Shown: positions 10,063-20,071 of the stretch, piece after piece
Numbering within the stretch: position 1 is the first letter of the stretch
How the letters are laid out: each line of letters opens with the position of its first letter
NCBI RefSeq assembly: GCF_036000045.1
Contig: NZ_DASYGF010000060.1
Span: 26,804-90,803 of the forward strand
Direction of reading: 5' to 3'
Length of the DNA stretch: 64,000 bases
DNA from: Pedococcus sp.
GTDB lineage: Bacteria > Actinomycetota > Actinomycetes > Actinomycetales > Dermatophilaceae
The notes under the pieces: generated by a model
Database searches by the model: none
What the model was told of the DNA's origin: nothing
The model's input: only the letters and a program-made list of their open reading frames with translations
Made by a program: the position numbers and the translations under genes

Positions 10063-10784
10063 GGCACGTCGTCCAGCCAGCGCCGGACGTGCGGGGCGAA
10101 CGACTGTCCGAGGTGGTAGCGCGCCACGGCCTCCCGAGGCACCCACCGCACCGACGCCGTCGATCCACCCACGTCGTGGACGACGGGGTCGGTCGGCTCG
10201 GGGCACCACGCGGCATACACGATGCGCACTGCGTGGAAGTCCTCGACCCGACCCGAGGGTGCGCGCCCGATCCAGTGGGAGGTGTGGGCCTCGAGCAGCC
10301 GCACCCGCTCGATGCGCTGCCCGCTCTCCTCCCACACCTCGCGATGCAGGGCCTCGACCGGCGACTCACCCGGGTCGAGACCGCCACCCGGCAGGGTCCA
10401 GCGCCCCGGGGCCGAGGTGCGCTCGGAGAGCTCGGTCAGGAGCATCCCCCGCGCGCTGGTCACCACGCCGTACGCGGCCGTGCGCTGGTAGGGGTGCACG
10501 AGCTCACCCGGCTCGAGCACGAGGCCGGCATCGCTGGGTACCTGCGACGGCGGGTGGTGCTCGGGCGTCGACGGGACGACCGTGAAAGCGAGCACGAGGG
10601 CTCCGTCCTCGGCCAGGGAGGCCTCCACCAGCCGGGCGCCGCCCCAGCCGAGCCCGGCCAGCTCACGAACCGGGTCGGCTCCGTGCGCCACGACGAACCG
10701 GGCCACTTCGCGGCCACCGGGGGCGGTGGCCTGCACACGGATCTCCGCTGGGCGCCCCTGCTCTCCTGCCGGCGTGGGGGTCAT
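10059..10784 (-). CDS. NUDIX hydrolase
   Basis: Nudix box WTLPGGGLDPGESPVEALHREVWEESG. Confidence 0.88.
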   Translation of the reverse strand: MTPTPAGEQGRPAEIRVQATAPGGREVARFVVAHGADPVRELAGLGWGGARLVEASLAEDGALVLAFTVVPSTPEHHPPSQVPSDAGLVLEPGELVHPYQRTAAYGVVTSARGMLLTELSERTSAPGRWTLPGGGLDPGESPVEALHREVWEESGQRIERVRLLEAHTSHWIGRAPSGRVEDFHAVRIVYAAWCPEPTDPVVHDVGGSTASVRWVPREAVARYHLGQSFAPHVRRWLDDVP

Positions 10785-11926
10785 GTCGCACCCGCCCGCC
10801 GGTACTCGCGCTCGGCCAGGGCGGCCACGGCGTCCCAGCTCTGGGCGGGGGGCACGGAGGCGTTCTCCTTGGCGATCCGGTGACGCAGCGCCCCATCGGT
10901 GACGAGCGTCGCGAGCGCCTCGGCGAGCGCCTGGTCGTCACGCCCGAGGATGCCGTTGACACCGTCGGTGACGAAGTCCGCGACACCGGTGTCCTGGCGG
11001 GCCAGCACGGGCAGCCCCGCGGTCCGGGCTTCCAGGGCGGCGATACCGAAGGCCTCGAGGCGCGCGGGAGTGAGGTAGACGTCGCTGTCCCAGTACCGGG
11101 CGCGCAGCTCCTCCCGGGTGGCACGCCCTGGCATCGACACCCAGTCGGCCATCTCGTGCCGGTCGACGAACCGCTGCAGACGTCGCCGCTCGGGCCCGTC
11201 GCCGAACAGGTCGAGGTGCATGCCCACCCCAGGCGGAACCAGGTCACGAGCGGCACGCACGATCTCCAGCACGGCCGCGGGTCGCTTGCGGCGGGCGAAG
11301 CGCATGGCTGCGACGACGCGGACGAACTCGCGCTCAGGAGCGGCGGCACGCTCGGCTTCGGTGACACGGTCGGGGGGAGCCCAGGTCGCGACGTCGATGC
11401 CGTTGGGCAGCACCTCGACGAGAAGGCCCTCCCCCGCCACCTGCCGCACCTGTGCGGCCGCGATGCCCGACACGGCCGACAGCGTCGCGCCGCGCTGGGC
11501 CCACCGACGCGCGTGCCCGAGGGCGCGGAAGACCATCGCGGAGCGGGCCATCAGACAGTGCCAGGTGATGGCGGTCGGCAGCCCCAGCCCGAGGGCGACG
11601 TCGGCCAGGTCGGAGGCGAAGGGGCTCACCACCCCCATGTGCAGGTGGACGACGTCGAAGCCGCCACGCCGCAGCCGGCGCCGCACCTCCGGAGGCGCCA
11701 GCGGGTTCACCGGCAGCTCCCACGGCAGCCGCAGCGCCATCCGGTGCACGGGAATCCCGTCGACCTGTTGGACCACCCCCCACCGTTGTCCCTGGTCACC
11801 GGGTGTCGCGGTGAACACCTCGACGTGGTGGCCACGCGCCTGGAGGCGCGCCGCCAGGTCGTGGGTCTGGACCTCGATCCCGCCCAGCCTGGGCAGGTAG
11901 CAGTCGGTCAACAGCGCCACCTTCAC
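10781..11926 (-). CDS. Glycosyltransferase family 4 (PIG-A/PimA-like)
   Basis: TDCYLPRLGGIEVQ, LPNGID, EAFGIAALEARTAGLPV. Confidence 0.88.
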   Translation of the reverse strand: MKVALLTDCYLPRLGGIEVQTHDLAARLQARGHHVEVFTATPGDQGQRWGVVQQVDGIPVHRMALRLPWELPVNPLAPPEVRRRLRRGGFDVVHLHMGVVSPFASDLADVALGLGLPTAITWHCLMARSAMVFRALGHARRWAQRGATLSAVSGIAAAQVRQVAGEGLLVEVLPNGIDVATWAPPDRVTEAERAAAPEREFVRVVAAMRFARRKRPAAVLEIVRAARDLVPPGVGMHLDLFGDGPERRRLQRFVDRHEMADWVSMPGRATREELRARYWDSDVYLTPARLEAFGIAALEARTAGLPVLARQDTGVADFVTDGVNGILGRDDQALAEALATLVTDGALRHRIAKENASVPPAQSWDAVAALAEREYRRAGAT

Positions 11927-11961
11927 GGGCTAGAGCCTGCCATGCGGAAGGATGGCTGGTG

Positions 11962-12789
11962 ATGACCCGCACCCTCGTGGCGTTCCACGCCCACCCCGAC
12001 GACGAAGCCCTGCTCACGTCGGGGACGATGGCGCGCGCGGCCGCGGAGGGGCACCGGGTCGTGCTCGTGGTGGCCACCGACGGCGAGCTGGGCCTCGCCT
12101 CGGGCACGTATGCCGCGGACGGTCACCTGGGCTCCCGGCGTCTCGACGAGCTGCGCGTGTCGGCCGGTGCGCTCGGGGTCGCCCGGCTGGTCTACCTCGG
12201 CTATGCCGACAGCGGGATGACCGGCGAGCTGCTCCCCGACCCGCCCGGCCGCACCCGCTTCCTGCGGGCACCGCTCGACGAGGCCGCCGGGCGCCTCGAG
12301 GCCGTGCTGCGCGAGGAGTCCGCCGACGTGCTCCTGACCTACGACGCCAACGGCGGCTACGGGCACCGCGACCACGTGCGCGTCCACGAGGTGGGGGCGC
12401 GTGCAGCCGAGCTCGCGGGCACCCCCCGCGTGCTGCAGGCGACCGTGCCGCGGGACACGCTCCTTCGGGGGCTCGACCTGGCGGCGCGCGTCTACCACTT
12501 CCCTCCCGACTTCGACCGGGCGGCCTTCGCCCGCGCCTACAGCGCGCGGCAGGACATCACCCACCGCGTCTCGGTCATCCGGTATGCCGCCGCGAAGCGT
12601 GCCGCGATGCGCGCGCACGCCTCGCAGGCCAGCGCCGAGGGCGGCGCCGACCGGACGCTGGCCGCTTTCCTGCGGATCCCGCGGCCGTTGTACGACCTGG
12701 TCTTCGGCCGCGAGTGGTTCGTCGACCCGGCGCGTCGCCCAGGGCAGCCGGGGCCGGTGTCGCGTGACATCTTCGAGGGTCTGCCATGA
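11962..12789 (+). CDS. PIG-L family N-acetylglucosaminyl deacetylase
   Basis: FHAHPDDEAL, ATDGELG, LGYADSGM, YDANGGYGHRDH. Confidence 0.88.
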   Translation: MTRTLVAFHAHPDDEALLTSGTMARAAAEGHRVVLVVATDGELGLASGTYAADGHLGSRRLDELRVSAGALGVARLVYLGYADSGMTGELLPDPPGRTRFLRAPLDEAAGRLEAVLREESADVLLTYDANGGYGHRDHVRVHEVGARAAELAGTPRVLQATVPRDTLLRGLDLAARVYHFPPDFDRAAFARAYSARQDITHRVSVIRYAAAKRAAMRAHASQASAEGGADRTLAAFLRIPRPLYDLVFGREWFVDPARRPGQPGPVSRDIFEGLP

Positions 12790-13835
12790 CCGTCGACCCA
12801 CGACGCCGTTCGCACCCACGGACCGTCGTGCAAGGCGTGGTCGGGCTCGGCCTGGCCGCCGTCCTGCTCGTCTGGGGACTCCCCCACTTCGGGCACACCA
12901 CCTGGGGGGCGGTCTGGCACATCCTGCGCCAGGTCCCGCCTGCGACGGATGCCCTCATGGTGGTCGGCGTCATGGTCGGGCTGTACTGCTACACCCTGAC
13001 GCTCACCGGCTCGATGCCCGGCCTGCGGCACTGGCAGGCACTGGTCGTCAACGTCGCGGGCTCCGCGGTCGGGAACCTGCTGCCCGGTGGCGGCGCCGTC
13101 GGGCTGGCAGCGACCTACACGATCTGCCGTTCGTGGGGCTTCTCCCGCCGCGACATCTCCACCTCCGCCATCGTCACCGGGGTGTGGAACGTCCTGTCGC
13201 GGATCGCGTTGCCACTGCTGGCGATCGTGGGACTTCTCGCCGGAGCGGGAGGCGTGCCCAAGCCGCTGCAGGATGCCGCGGTCGCCGCAACGGTCACGGG
13301 CACGCTCATTCTCACCACCTTCGTCGCGGTGCTCGTCTCGGAACGAGCCGCGGTCGCCATCGGGAGCAGCATCGACGCGGTGGCCGGTCGGCTCTGGCAC
13401 CGCCGGTCGATGAGCGTCGAGGCACTGGTCAGGGACCTGCGCGGGCGGATCAACGAGGTCGTCCGCCATGGCTGGCTCAAGATGACCATGGGGCTGGCCG
13501 GGTACTTCGGCGTCTACTACCTGCTGTTCCTCCTGTGCATGCACACCACCGGTGTCCATCTGCACTACGGCCAGCTCTTCGCGGCATACGCCATCGGCAG
13601 GCTGGCCACCGCGGTGGGGGTGACTCCCGGCGGGCTGGGGGTGACGGAGTCCGTCACCGTCGCGACGCTGGTGGCGTGGGGCGCCGGGCACCCCGAGTCG
13701 GTGGCGGGCGCGGTGATGTTCTCGGTGTTCACGCACGTCATGGAGGTGCCCCTGGGGGCGCTCGGCTGGCTTGCCTGGACGCTCAGCCCCAAGAGCACTC
13801 CCGATGACACGTCGGCCGCCGAGCCGGTCGGCTGA
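12786..13835 (+). CDS. LPG-synthase TM / flippase-like membrane protein
   Basis: About 8 TM helices; GNLLPGGGAVG and VTPGGLGVTE motifs typical of the lysylphosphatidylglycerol-synthase TM (UPF0104) family. Confidence 0.8.
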   Translation: MTVDPRRRSHPRTVVQGVVGLGLAAVLLVWGLPHFGHTTWGAVWHILRQVPPATDALMVVGVMVGLYCYTLTLTGSMPGLRHWQALVVNVAGSAVGNLLPGGGAVGLAATYTICRSWGFSRRDISTSAIVTGVWNVLSRIALPLLAIVGLLAGAGGVPKPLQDAAVAATVTGTLILTTFVAVLVSERAAVAIGSSIDAVAGRLWHRRSMSVEALVRDLRGRINEVVRHGWLKMTMGLAGYFGVYYLLFLLCMHTTGVHLHYGQLFAAYAIGRLATAVGVTPGGLGVTESVTVATLVAWGAGHPESVAGAVMFSVFTHVMEVPLGALGWLAWTLSPKSTPDDTSAAEPVG

Positions 13836-13865
13836 CTCACCGAAGCCGACTGTCTCCGGGGGGCC

Positions 13866-14561
13866 TCAGCCAGCAGGCGGGTCGCCGATGAGCCGGTAGC
13901 CCTGACCGGGGTCCGTGAGCAGGTACCGCGGCCGCGCCGGGTCGGGTTCGAGCTTGCGACGCAGCTGGTTGGCATACACCCGCAGGTAGTTCGACTCGCG
14001 GCCGTAGCGCGGACCCCACACCTCGCGCAGCAGCTCCTGGTGCGCGACCAGGTGGCCCGGCTCTCGGGCGAGCACCTCGAGCAGCCGCCACTCGGTCGGC
14101 GTCAGGCGCACCTCGGCACCGTCGACGACCGCCTGGCGCTCGTCGAAGTCGAGGGTGAACCGCGAGGTCCGGAACGGCGGTAGCGCGGCATCGGCCGTCT
14201 CGCGGTCACGCCGCAGGGCGACCCGGACCCGCGCCAGGAGCTCCTCCATCGCGAACGGCTTCGTCACGTAGTCGTCTGCGCCCTCGTCGAGCGCCTCGAC
14301 CTTGTCGACGGAGTCGGTCCGGGCTGACAGCACGATGACCGGAACGTCTGACACCTGGCGGATGCGGCGCAGCACCTCGACCCCGTCGAGGTCCGGCAGC
14401 CCCAGGTCGAGCACCATCAGGTCGGGCCGCGAATCGTGGAAGGCGACCAGGGCCGAGTGCGCGTCCCCGGCCGTCTCGACGGAGTAGTTGCGGGCCCGCA
14501 GGTTGATGGCCAGGGTGCGAACCAGGTGCGGCTCGTCGTCGACCACCAGGATGGAGCTCAC
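13866..14561 (-). CDS. kdpE: Response regulator KdpE (OmpR family)
   Basis: LDLGLPDLDG, KVEALDEGADDYVTKPF, LTPTEW, YLRVYANQLRRKLEPDPARPRYLLT. Confidence 0.9.
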   Translation of the reverse strand: MSSILVVDDEPHLVRTLAINLRARNYSVETAGDAHSALVAFHDSRPDLMVLDLGLPDLDGVEVLRRIRQVSDVPVIVLSARTDSVDKVEALDEGADDYVTKPFAMEELLARVRVALRRDRETADAALPPFRTSRFTLDFDERQAVVDGAEVRLTPTEWRLLEVLAREPGHLVAHQELLREVWGPRYGRESNYLRVYANQLRRKLEPDPARPRYLLTDPGQGYRLIGDPPAG

Positions 14562-17137
14562 GGGCTCATCCTGTCAGCGAGCCGAGGGGACCCCGGAGCG
14601 CTCGCCGGCTGTGTGAGGAGGGGCAGCTCGATGACGATGGTGAGGCCGCCACCGGGGGTGTCCTCGGCCAGGATCGTCCCGCCCATGGCCTCCATCAGTC
14701 CTCGGGCGACGGCCAGCCCGAGGCCCACGCCGGTGCCCGCCTTGGGTGCGTCGCCGAACCGCTGGAACGGCGCGAAGATCAGGTTCTTGGCCTCCTCGGG
14801 CACACCGACGCCCCGGTCCACGACCCGCAGCTGGACCCGGTCCGCGACCGGCGATGCGTGGACCACCACCTCCTGACGGCCGGGCGAGTGTCGCAGGGCG
14901 TTCTCCAGGACGTTGGCCAGGACCCGGTCCAGCAGACCTGAGTCGGCCACCGCCTGCGGCAGGTCGGGGGCGACGACGAGCCGCACGCGCCGACCCTCGG
15001 GGAGCTGGCCCGCCGACAGCGAGATGGCCGCCTCCACGTCGACCGGCCCCACGCGTGGGGTGATCGAGCCGCTCTGGAGCCTCGACATGTCCAGGAGGTT
15101 GGTCACCAGCGCGGTGAGCCGGTCGGTCGACTCCTCGATGGTCTCCAGGAGCGAGGCCTCGTCCTCGGGCGTGAAGGACACCTCACCCTGGCGGAGCCCG
15201 GACACCGCTGCCTTGATGCTCGCCAGGGGCGTGCGCAGGTCGTGCGAGACGGCGGCGAGCAGGGCGGTCCGGGCTCGGTTGTCCTTGGCGAGGGCCGAGG
15301 CCCGCCTGGCCTGCTCGACGAGCTCGTCCCTGCGGACCAGCGCGGCGGCGCGGGAGGCGAAGGCGGAGACCAGCCTCCGGTCAGCGCCGGTGAGCACCCG
15401 GCCGAGCAGCACCAGCGAACGCTCGTCGTCGACGGTGGCCAGCACCGACGCGCGCGGGATGCCCTCCACGTCGAAGCCCTCTGTGGCGCACCACACCTGC
15501 CATGGGTCGCGCACGCTGGGCCGGCTGACCACCGCAGCACCGTCGACGCCGAAGAACTCGACCGCCTGGCGCAGCAGCGCCGGCAGCTGGTCCCGCTCGC
15601 CGAGCAGGGACTCCGCCGACGCCGCCAACGCGGCCGCCTCACGTTGGGCGGCCCGCGCGGACGCCGCCCTGCGCTCACTGACGTGCACGAGCGAGGACAC
15701 CGACACGGCCACGATGACGAACACGAGCAGGGCGACGAGGTCCTGCGGGTCGGCGATGGTCAGCGTGTGCAGCGGCGGCGTGAAGAACCAGTTGAGCGCC
15801 ACGCTGCTCAGCAGGGCGGCGAGCAGCGCGGGCCACAGGCCACCGGCCAGCGCGGCGAGCACGGTGAGGAGCAGGAACAGGAGCACCTCGAGCGGCAGGT
15901 CGTGCCACCCGGGGGTCGCCTTGAGTATGCCGGTGAGGCTGAGCGTGCCGAGCGTGGCCAGGACCCAGCCGACCGTGGTCCGGGCGAGTCCCAGGTCGGG
16001 TCCGAACCGCAGCGGGGGCCGGACGCTGCGGGTCAGCTCATGGCTCACGAGGTGGACGTCGATGTCGCCGGAGCCGTCCACGACGCGCTGCCCCACCCCG
16101 GGGGAGAACAGCGCCTGCCAGCGCAGCCTGCGCGAGGCGCCGATGACGATCTGGCGGGCGTTGACGCTGGCGGCGAAGTCGAGCAGGGCCTGCGCCACGT
16201 CGCCGCCCTTGATGACGTTGAAGGTGCCCCCCAGCTCCGTGGTCAGCCGGCGCAGCTCGGCGATCCCTTCGAGCCGGGCGTCGACCAGCCCGTCGGGCGG
16301 CGTCACGTAGACCGCGACCAGCTCGCCGCCAGCACCTCGCGAGGCGATCTGCGCGCCCCGGCGCAGGAGGGTGCGGCCCTCCGGGCCCCCGGTCAGGGCC
16401 ACGACGACGCGCTCCCTGGTGGGCCAGGACTCGGCGATGGAGTGCTCGGAGCGGTACTGCCCCAGTCCCTCCTCCACCCGGTCGGCCACCCACAGCAGGG
16501 ACAGCTCGCGCAGGGCACCGAGGTTGCCCTCGCGGAAGTAGTTGGCGAGGGCGGCGTCGACCTTGTCGGCGCTGTAGACGTTCCCGTGCGCCAGGCGCCT
16601 GCGCAGCGCATGGGGCGACATGTCCACGAGCTCGATCTGGTCGGCGCGGCGCACGACGTCGTCCGGCACCGTCTCCTGCTGTCGCAGGCCGGTGATCGAC
16701 TCCACGACGTCGTTGAGTGACTCCAGGTGCTGGATGTTGACCGTCGAGATGACGTCGATCCCGGCCTCGATGAGCTCCTCCACGTCCTCCCACCGCTTCG
16801 CGTGCCGGCTGCCCGGGGCGTTGCTGTGTGCCAGGTCGTCGACGAGCACGACCTCGGGTCGGCGCGCGACCACGGCCAGGGTGTCCAGCTCCTCGACGGT
16901 GGCAGAGCCGTCGGGCCCGTCGACCGCGCGGTCGACCGCGCCGTCGAACCGGCGGGGCGGCACGCGCTCGAGCGGTGCCGCCAGGGCCTCCGTGAAGTCG
17001 CGCCCCCGGCTGTCGACGACCCCGATGACCACGTCCGTCCCGCGTTCGAGCCGGCGGTGGGCCTCGGAGAGCATGGCGACCGTCTTCCCCACGCCGGGCG
17101 CGGCACCCAGGTAGACCCGCAGCGCACCTCTGCTCAT
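14558..17137 (-). CDS. kdpD: Sensor histidine kinase KdpD
   Basis: LRVYLGAAPGVGKT, STVNIQHLESLND, NYFREGNLGALREL, USP domain, 4 TM, SHDLRTPL. Start at ATG 17137. Confidence 0.92.
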   Translation of the reverse strand: MSRGALRVYLGAAPGVGKTVAMLSEAHRRLERGTDVVIGVVDSRGRDFTEALAAPLERVPPRRFDGAVDRAVDGPDGSATVEELDTLAVVARRPEVVLVDDLAHSNAPGSRHAKRWEDVEELIEAGIDVISTVNIQHLESLNDVVESITGLRQQETVPDDVVRRADQIELVDMSPHALRRRLAHGNVYSADKVDAALANYFREGNLGALRELSLLWVADRVEEGLGQYRSEHSIAESWPTRERVVVALTGGPEGRTLLRRGAQIASRGAGGELVAVYVTPPDGLVDARLEGIAELRRLTTELGGTFNVIKGGDVAQALLDFAASVNARQIVIGASRRLRWQALFSPGVGQRVVDGSGDIDVHLVSHELTRSVRPPLRFGPDLGLARTTVGWVLATLGTLSLTGILKATPGWHDLPLEVLLFLLLTVLAALAGGLWPALLAALLSSVALNWFFTPPLHTLTIADPQDLVALLVFVIVAVSVSSLVHVSERRAASARAAQREAAALAASAESLLGERDQLPALLRQAVEFFGVDGAAVVSRPSVRDPWQVWCATEGFDVEGIPRASVLATVDDERSLVLLGRVLTGADRRLVSAFASRAAALVRRDELVEQARRASALAKDNRARTALLAAVSHDLRTPLASIKAAVSGLRQGEVSFTPEDEASLLETIEESTDRLTALVTNLLDMSRLQSGSITPRVGPVDVEAAISLSAGQLPEGRRVRLVVAPDLPQAVADSGLLDRVLANVLENALRHSPGRQEVVVHASPVADRVQLRVVDRGVGVPEEAKNLIFAPFQRFGDAPKAGTGVGLGLAVARGLMEAMGGTILAEDTPGGGLTIVIELPLLTQPASAPGSPRLADRMSP

Positions 17138-17249
17138 GGTTCGATTCTGGCCCAGTCCTGGGCGCGTGGCGGCGCGACGGGCGCGACGCGGCATACAGAT
17201 CGCGTCAAGACCCTTGACCCCACCTGGGCTCCGGTTGCCTGATGGCTTC

Positions 17250-18005
17250 ATGGACGTGCAGAGGATTCTGGTGGATCGACGGCCGGTGGTGGTGGCGGCG
17301 GCGGGGCTGGTCCCGCTGGTCGTGTGTCTCGTGCTCACGGTGGTGTGGAGCTCGGTCCCCGCTGTGTCCGCGGCCCTACTGCTCGTGCTCGCGGTGGTCG
17401 CGGCCGCTGCGACCGGGATCAGGGCGGCCGGGGTGGTGGCCGCGCTGTCCAGTGCGCTGTGGTTCGACGTGCTGCTGACCGAGCCGAGGGGCCAGCTGGC
17501 GATCACCAGCCCAGCCGACGTCGAGGCCACCGTCCTGCTCGTCGCGGTGGGTGTCGCGGTGAGCGAGCTGGCACTGTGGGGCCGGCGCCAGCAGGACCGC
17601 GCCAGCCGCACCACCGGCTACCTCGCCGGGCTGGTCGACACCGCAGTGTCGGCCATGGCGGTCTCGGCGCCGGACACCGCCGAACTGACCACGAGCGTCG
17701 CCCTACGGCTCACCGAGGTGCTCGGCCTCGACGGATGCCGATACCTGGCGGGTCCTCCGGGCGACGTCGCCGAGCCCCTGCTGATGGCCGACGGCACGGT
17801 GCTGCGGACCGGTCGGGTGCTCGACGTCAGCCGTCACGGCCTGCCGGTCGACGCCGAGACGGCGCTGCTCGTGCGGAGCGGGGGGTATGTCGTGGGCCAT
17901 TTCCTACTGACGGCTGCCACTCGCGTGGTGCGCCCGAGTGCCGACCAGCTCAGGGTGGCGGTGCTGCTCGCTGAGCAGGTCGGCGCGGCGCTCAGCCCCG
18001 CTTGA
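17250..18005 (+). CDS. DUF4118 (KdpD TM-like) membrane protein
   Basis: ALLLVLAVVAAAATG.RAAGVVAALSSALWFDVLLTEP, ELALWGRRQQ; a type often found next to kdp genes. Confidence 0.75.
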   Translation: MDVQRILVDRRPVVVAAAGLVPLVVCLVLTVVWSSVPAVSAALLLVLAVVAAAATGIRAAGVVAALSSALWFDVLLTEPRGQLAITSPADVEATVLLVAVGVAVSELALWGRRQQDRASRTTGYLAGLVDTAVSAMAVSAPDTAELTTSVALRLTEVLGLDGCRYLAGPPGDVAEPLLMADGTVLRTGRVLDVSRHGLPVDAETALLVRSGGYVVGHFLLTAATRVVRPSADQLRVAVLLAEQVGAALSPA

Positions 18006-18735
18006 CGAGCCGGCGCACCTGACGGCTGCGCGCCTCGTCGGCGAAAGCGTCGTCCTGGGCCAGCGGCTCGAACGGGGCCCCCGTCGCGAGCTCGGCCGCG
18101 AGCGCGACCAGGGCGTCCGCCAGGGCCGGGTTGGCCGGGAGGATCGGGCCGTGCAGGTAGGACCCGAAGACGTTGCCCGACCGGGCGCCCTCGGTGCCGT
18201 CGGTGCCGTTGTTGCCGTGCCCGGCCCGGACGGTCCCGAACGGCGCCTGGCCGGCACCCAACGTCGTCGAGCCCGAGTGGTTCTCGTAGCCGACGACGTC
18301 ACCGAACTCGGTGTCGAGCACGACCGGTCCGATCATGCGCTTGGCGTTGCCCTGGGTCGTCACGTCGAGGATGCCGAGACCCGGCAGTCGCTTGCCCTCC
18401 ACCGTGATGAAGGCGTTGCCGAACAGCTGGTACATGCCGCAGATCATCAGCATCGGGGTGCCGGCGTCGAACAGCGAGCGCAGCCGGTCGGCGATGCGTT
18501 CGAGGTCGGCCTCCACCCGGACCTGACCCGAGTCCTGCCCACCGCCACCGACGACGAGGTGCGCCTGCTCGGGGAACGCGGCCCCTGGGTGGTGCTGGTG
18601 GACGACGGGCGTGTAGCCGTGGCGGCGGATGCGCGAGGCGAGGCACCGGGTGTTGCCCAGGTCGCCATAGATGCTCATCTCACGGGGATAGAGGTGGACG
18701 ACGTGGATCTCGCCCTTGCTGGGGACGTCGCTCAT
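17992..18735 (-). CDS. gatD: Lipid II isoglutaminyl synthase, glutaminase subunit GatD
   Basis: HLYPREMSIYGDLGN, GGGGQD, ICGMYQL, GYENHSG, SYLHGPILPANP. Confidence 0.88.
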   Translation of the reverse strand: MSDVPSKGEIHVVHLYPREMSIYGDLGNTRCLASRIRRHGYTPVVHQHHPGAAFPEQAHLVVGGGGQDSGQVRVEADLERIADRLRSLFDAGTPMLMICGMYQLFGNAFITVEGKRLPGLGILDVTTQGNAKRMIGPVVLDTEFGDVVGYENHSGSTTLGAGQAPFGTVRAGHGNNGTDGTEGARSGNVFGSYLHGPILPANPALADALVALAAELATGAPFEPLAQDDAFADEARSRQVRRLVKRG

Positions 18736-20033
18736 GACGCCTCCTCACCGATGTCGGGCAGGTCGTAGCGCGCGGCGAGCGTGCGGCGCAGCGCCATCAT
18801 CGCCGTATAAGTGCAGAAGATGCGCTTCGGCTCGTCGGGGTGGCGGGCGAGGAACTGGTCGAGCGCGCGGTCCAGGTCGGTCTCGACGGCCTCGACCGGC
18901 ACGTCGTCGTACTGCAGCCGCAGCGCCATGTCGTAGCCGCGCACGCCACTGGTGACCGCGACACCGCGCTGGCGCAGGCTCTCGAAGCTCACGTCGTAGA
19001 GCCAGGACACGTCCCGGCCGTCGGCGTAGTTGTCGTTGATGGCGATCATCGTCGCGACCGGGGTCGTGCCATAGGTGCCGAGGGCCACAGTGAAGCCCGC
19101 GGGGTTCTTGACCAGCACCAGCTCGAGGGGCTGGCCCTCGGCCATGACCACCTCACCGCGGCCGAAGGGCGGCGTGACGGCGCGCAGGGCGGAGGCCGCC
19201 AGCTCGGCGTCGAACGCGGGCCCCAGCAGCGTGCGGGCCGCCGTGGTGGCCGCCGTCGCGTTGATCATCGCCGCCAGCCCTCGCTGCTGCAGCTCCAGGG
19301 GACCCACCGCGGACTCGCCGAACAGCACCTCGAAGGTCCGCTCATCCGACGGCTTCAGCAGCCCGTCGTCGGGACCGGGCTCGGGGGCGGTGAAGCCGTC
19401 GTCGAACCGCACGTCCTGCTCCTGGAGCTCCGGCAGCCGGTCGGCGATGGAGGCGTCGACGCCGAAGTACCGCACCTGCACGCCGTCGGCGACGCGGTCG
19501 CGGATGCGCGAGACGAAGGAGTCGTCGAGGTTGAGCACGACACCGGTGGTGGTCTGCTCGGCCAGCGTCGCCAGCAGCTGGGCGGTGTGGTCGATCTCGG
19601 CGAACCGGTCGAGCTGGTCCCGGGCGACGTTGAGCAGCAGGCTGTGGGTCGGGCGTACCGCCTCGGCGAACCTCAGTGCATGGGCCTCGTCGAGCTCGAG
19701 CACCGCCATGTCGGCGCGCAGGCGACCGCCGATCGGCAGCTCGCCCAGCATCGAGGAGATCACTCCGCGGGTGAAGTTGCTGCCGGTGGGGTTGGTGAAC
19801 ACGGTGCGGCCATGGGCACGCAGGACGGCCACGAGCATCTTGGTGGTCGTCGTCTTGCCGTTGGTGCCGCTCACCACGACGATGCCGCCGCGCACCTCGG
19901 CCAGGGCGTGGGCCAGGAACCCGGGGTCCACCCGCTCGGCGACCAGCCCGGGCAGCGCAGAGCCTCCGCCGCGCAGCCGTGATGCGGCGCGCGCGGCCTT
20001 GCCTGCGACCACGGCCGCCGTCGTCCTCAACAC
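18732..20033 (-). CDS. murT: Lipid II isoglutaminyl synthase MurT (Mur ligase + DUF1727)
   Basis: GSALPG, SGTNGKTTT, RDQLDRFAEID, LVKNPAGF, DGRDVSWLYD, TYTAM. Start approximate. Confidence 0.88.
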   Translation of the reverse strand: MLRTTAAVVAGKAARAASRLRGGGSALPGLVAERVDPGFLAHALAEVRGGIVVVSGTNGKTTTTKMLVAVLRAHGRTVFTNPTGSNFTRGVISSMLGELPIGGRLRADMAVLELDEAHALRFAEAVRPTHSLLLNVARDQLDRFAEIDHTAQLLATLAEQTTTGVVLNLDDSFVSRIRDRVADGVQVRYFGVDASIADRLPELQEQDVRFDDGFTAPEPGPDDGLLKPSDERTFEVLFGESAVGPLELQQRGLAAMINATAATTAARTLLGPAFDAELAASALRAVTPPFGRGEVVMAEGQPLELVLVKNPAGFTVALGTYGTTPVATMIAINDNYADGRDVSWLYDVSFESLRQRGVAVTSGVRGYDMALRLQYDDVPVEAVETDLDRALDQFLARHPDEPKRIFCTYTAMMALRRTLAARYDLPDIGEEAS

Positions 20034-20071
20034 GGCACAAACCCTAACCGGCAGCGCTTCGCCGGCGGCCA

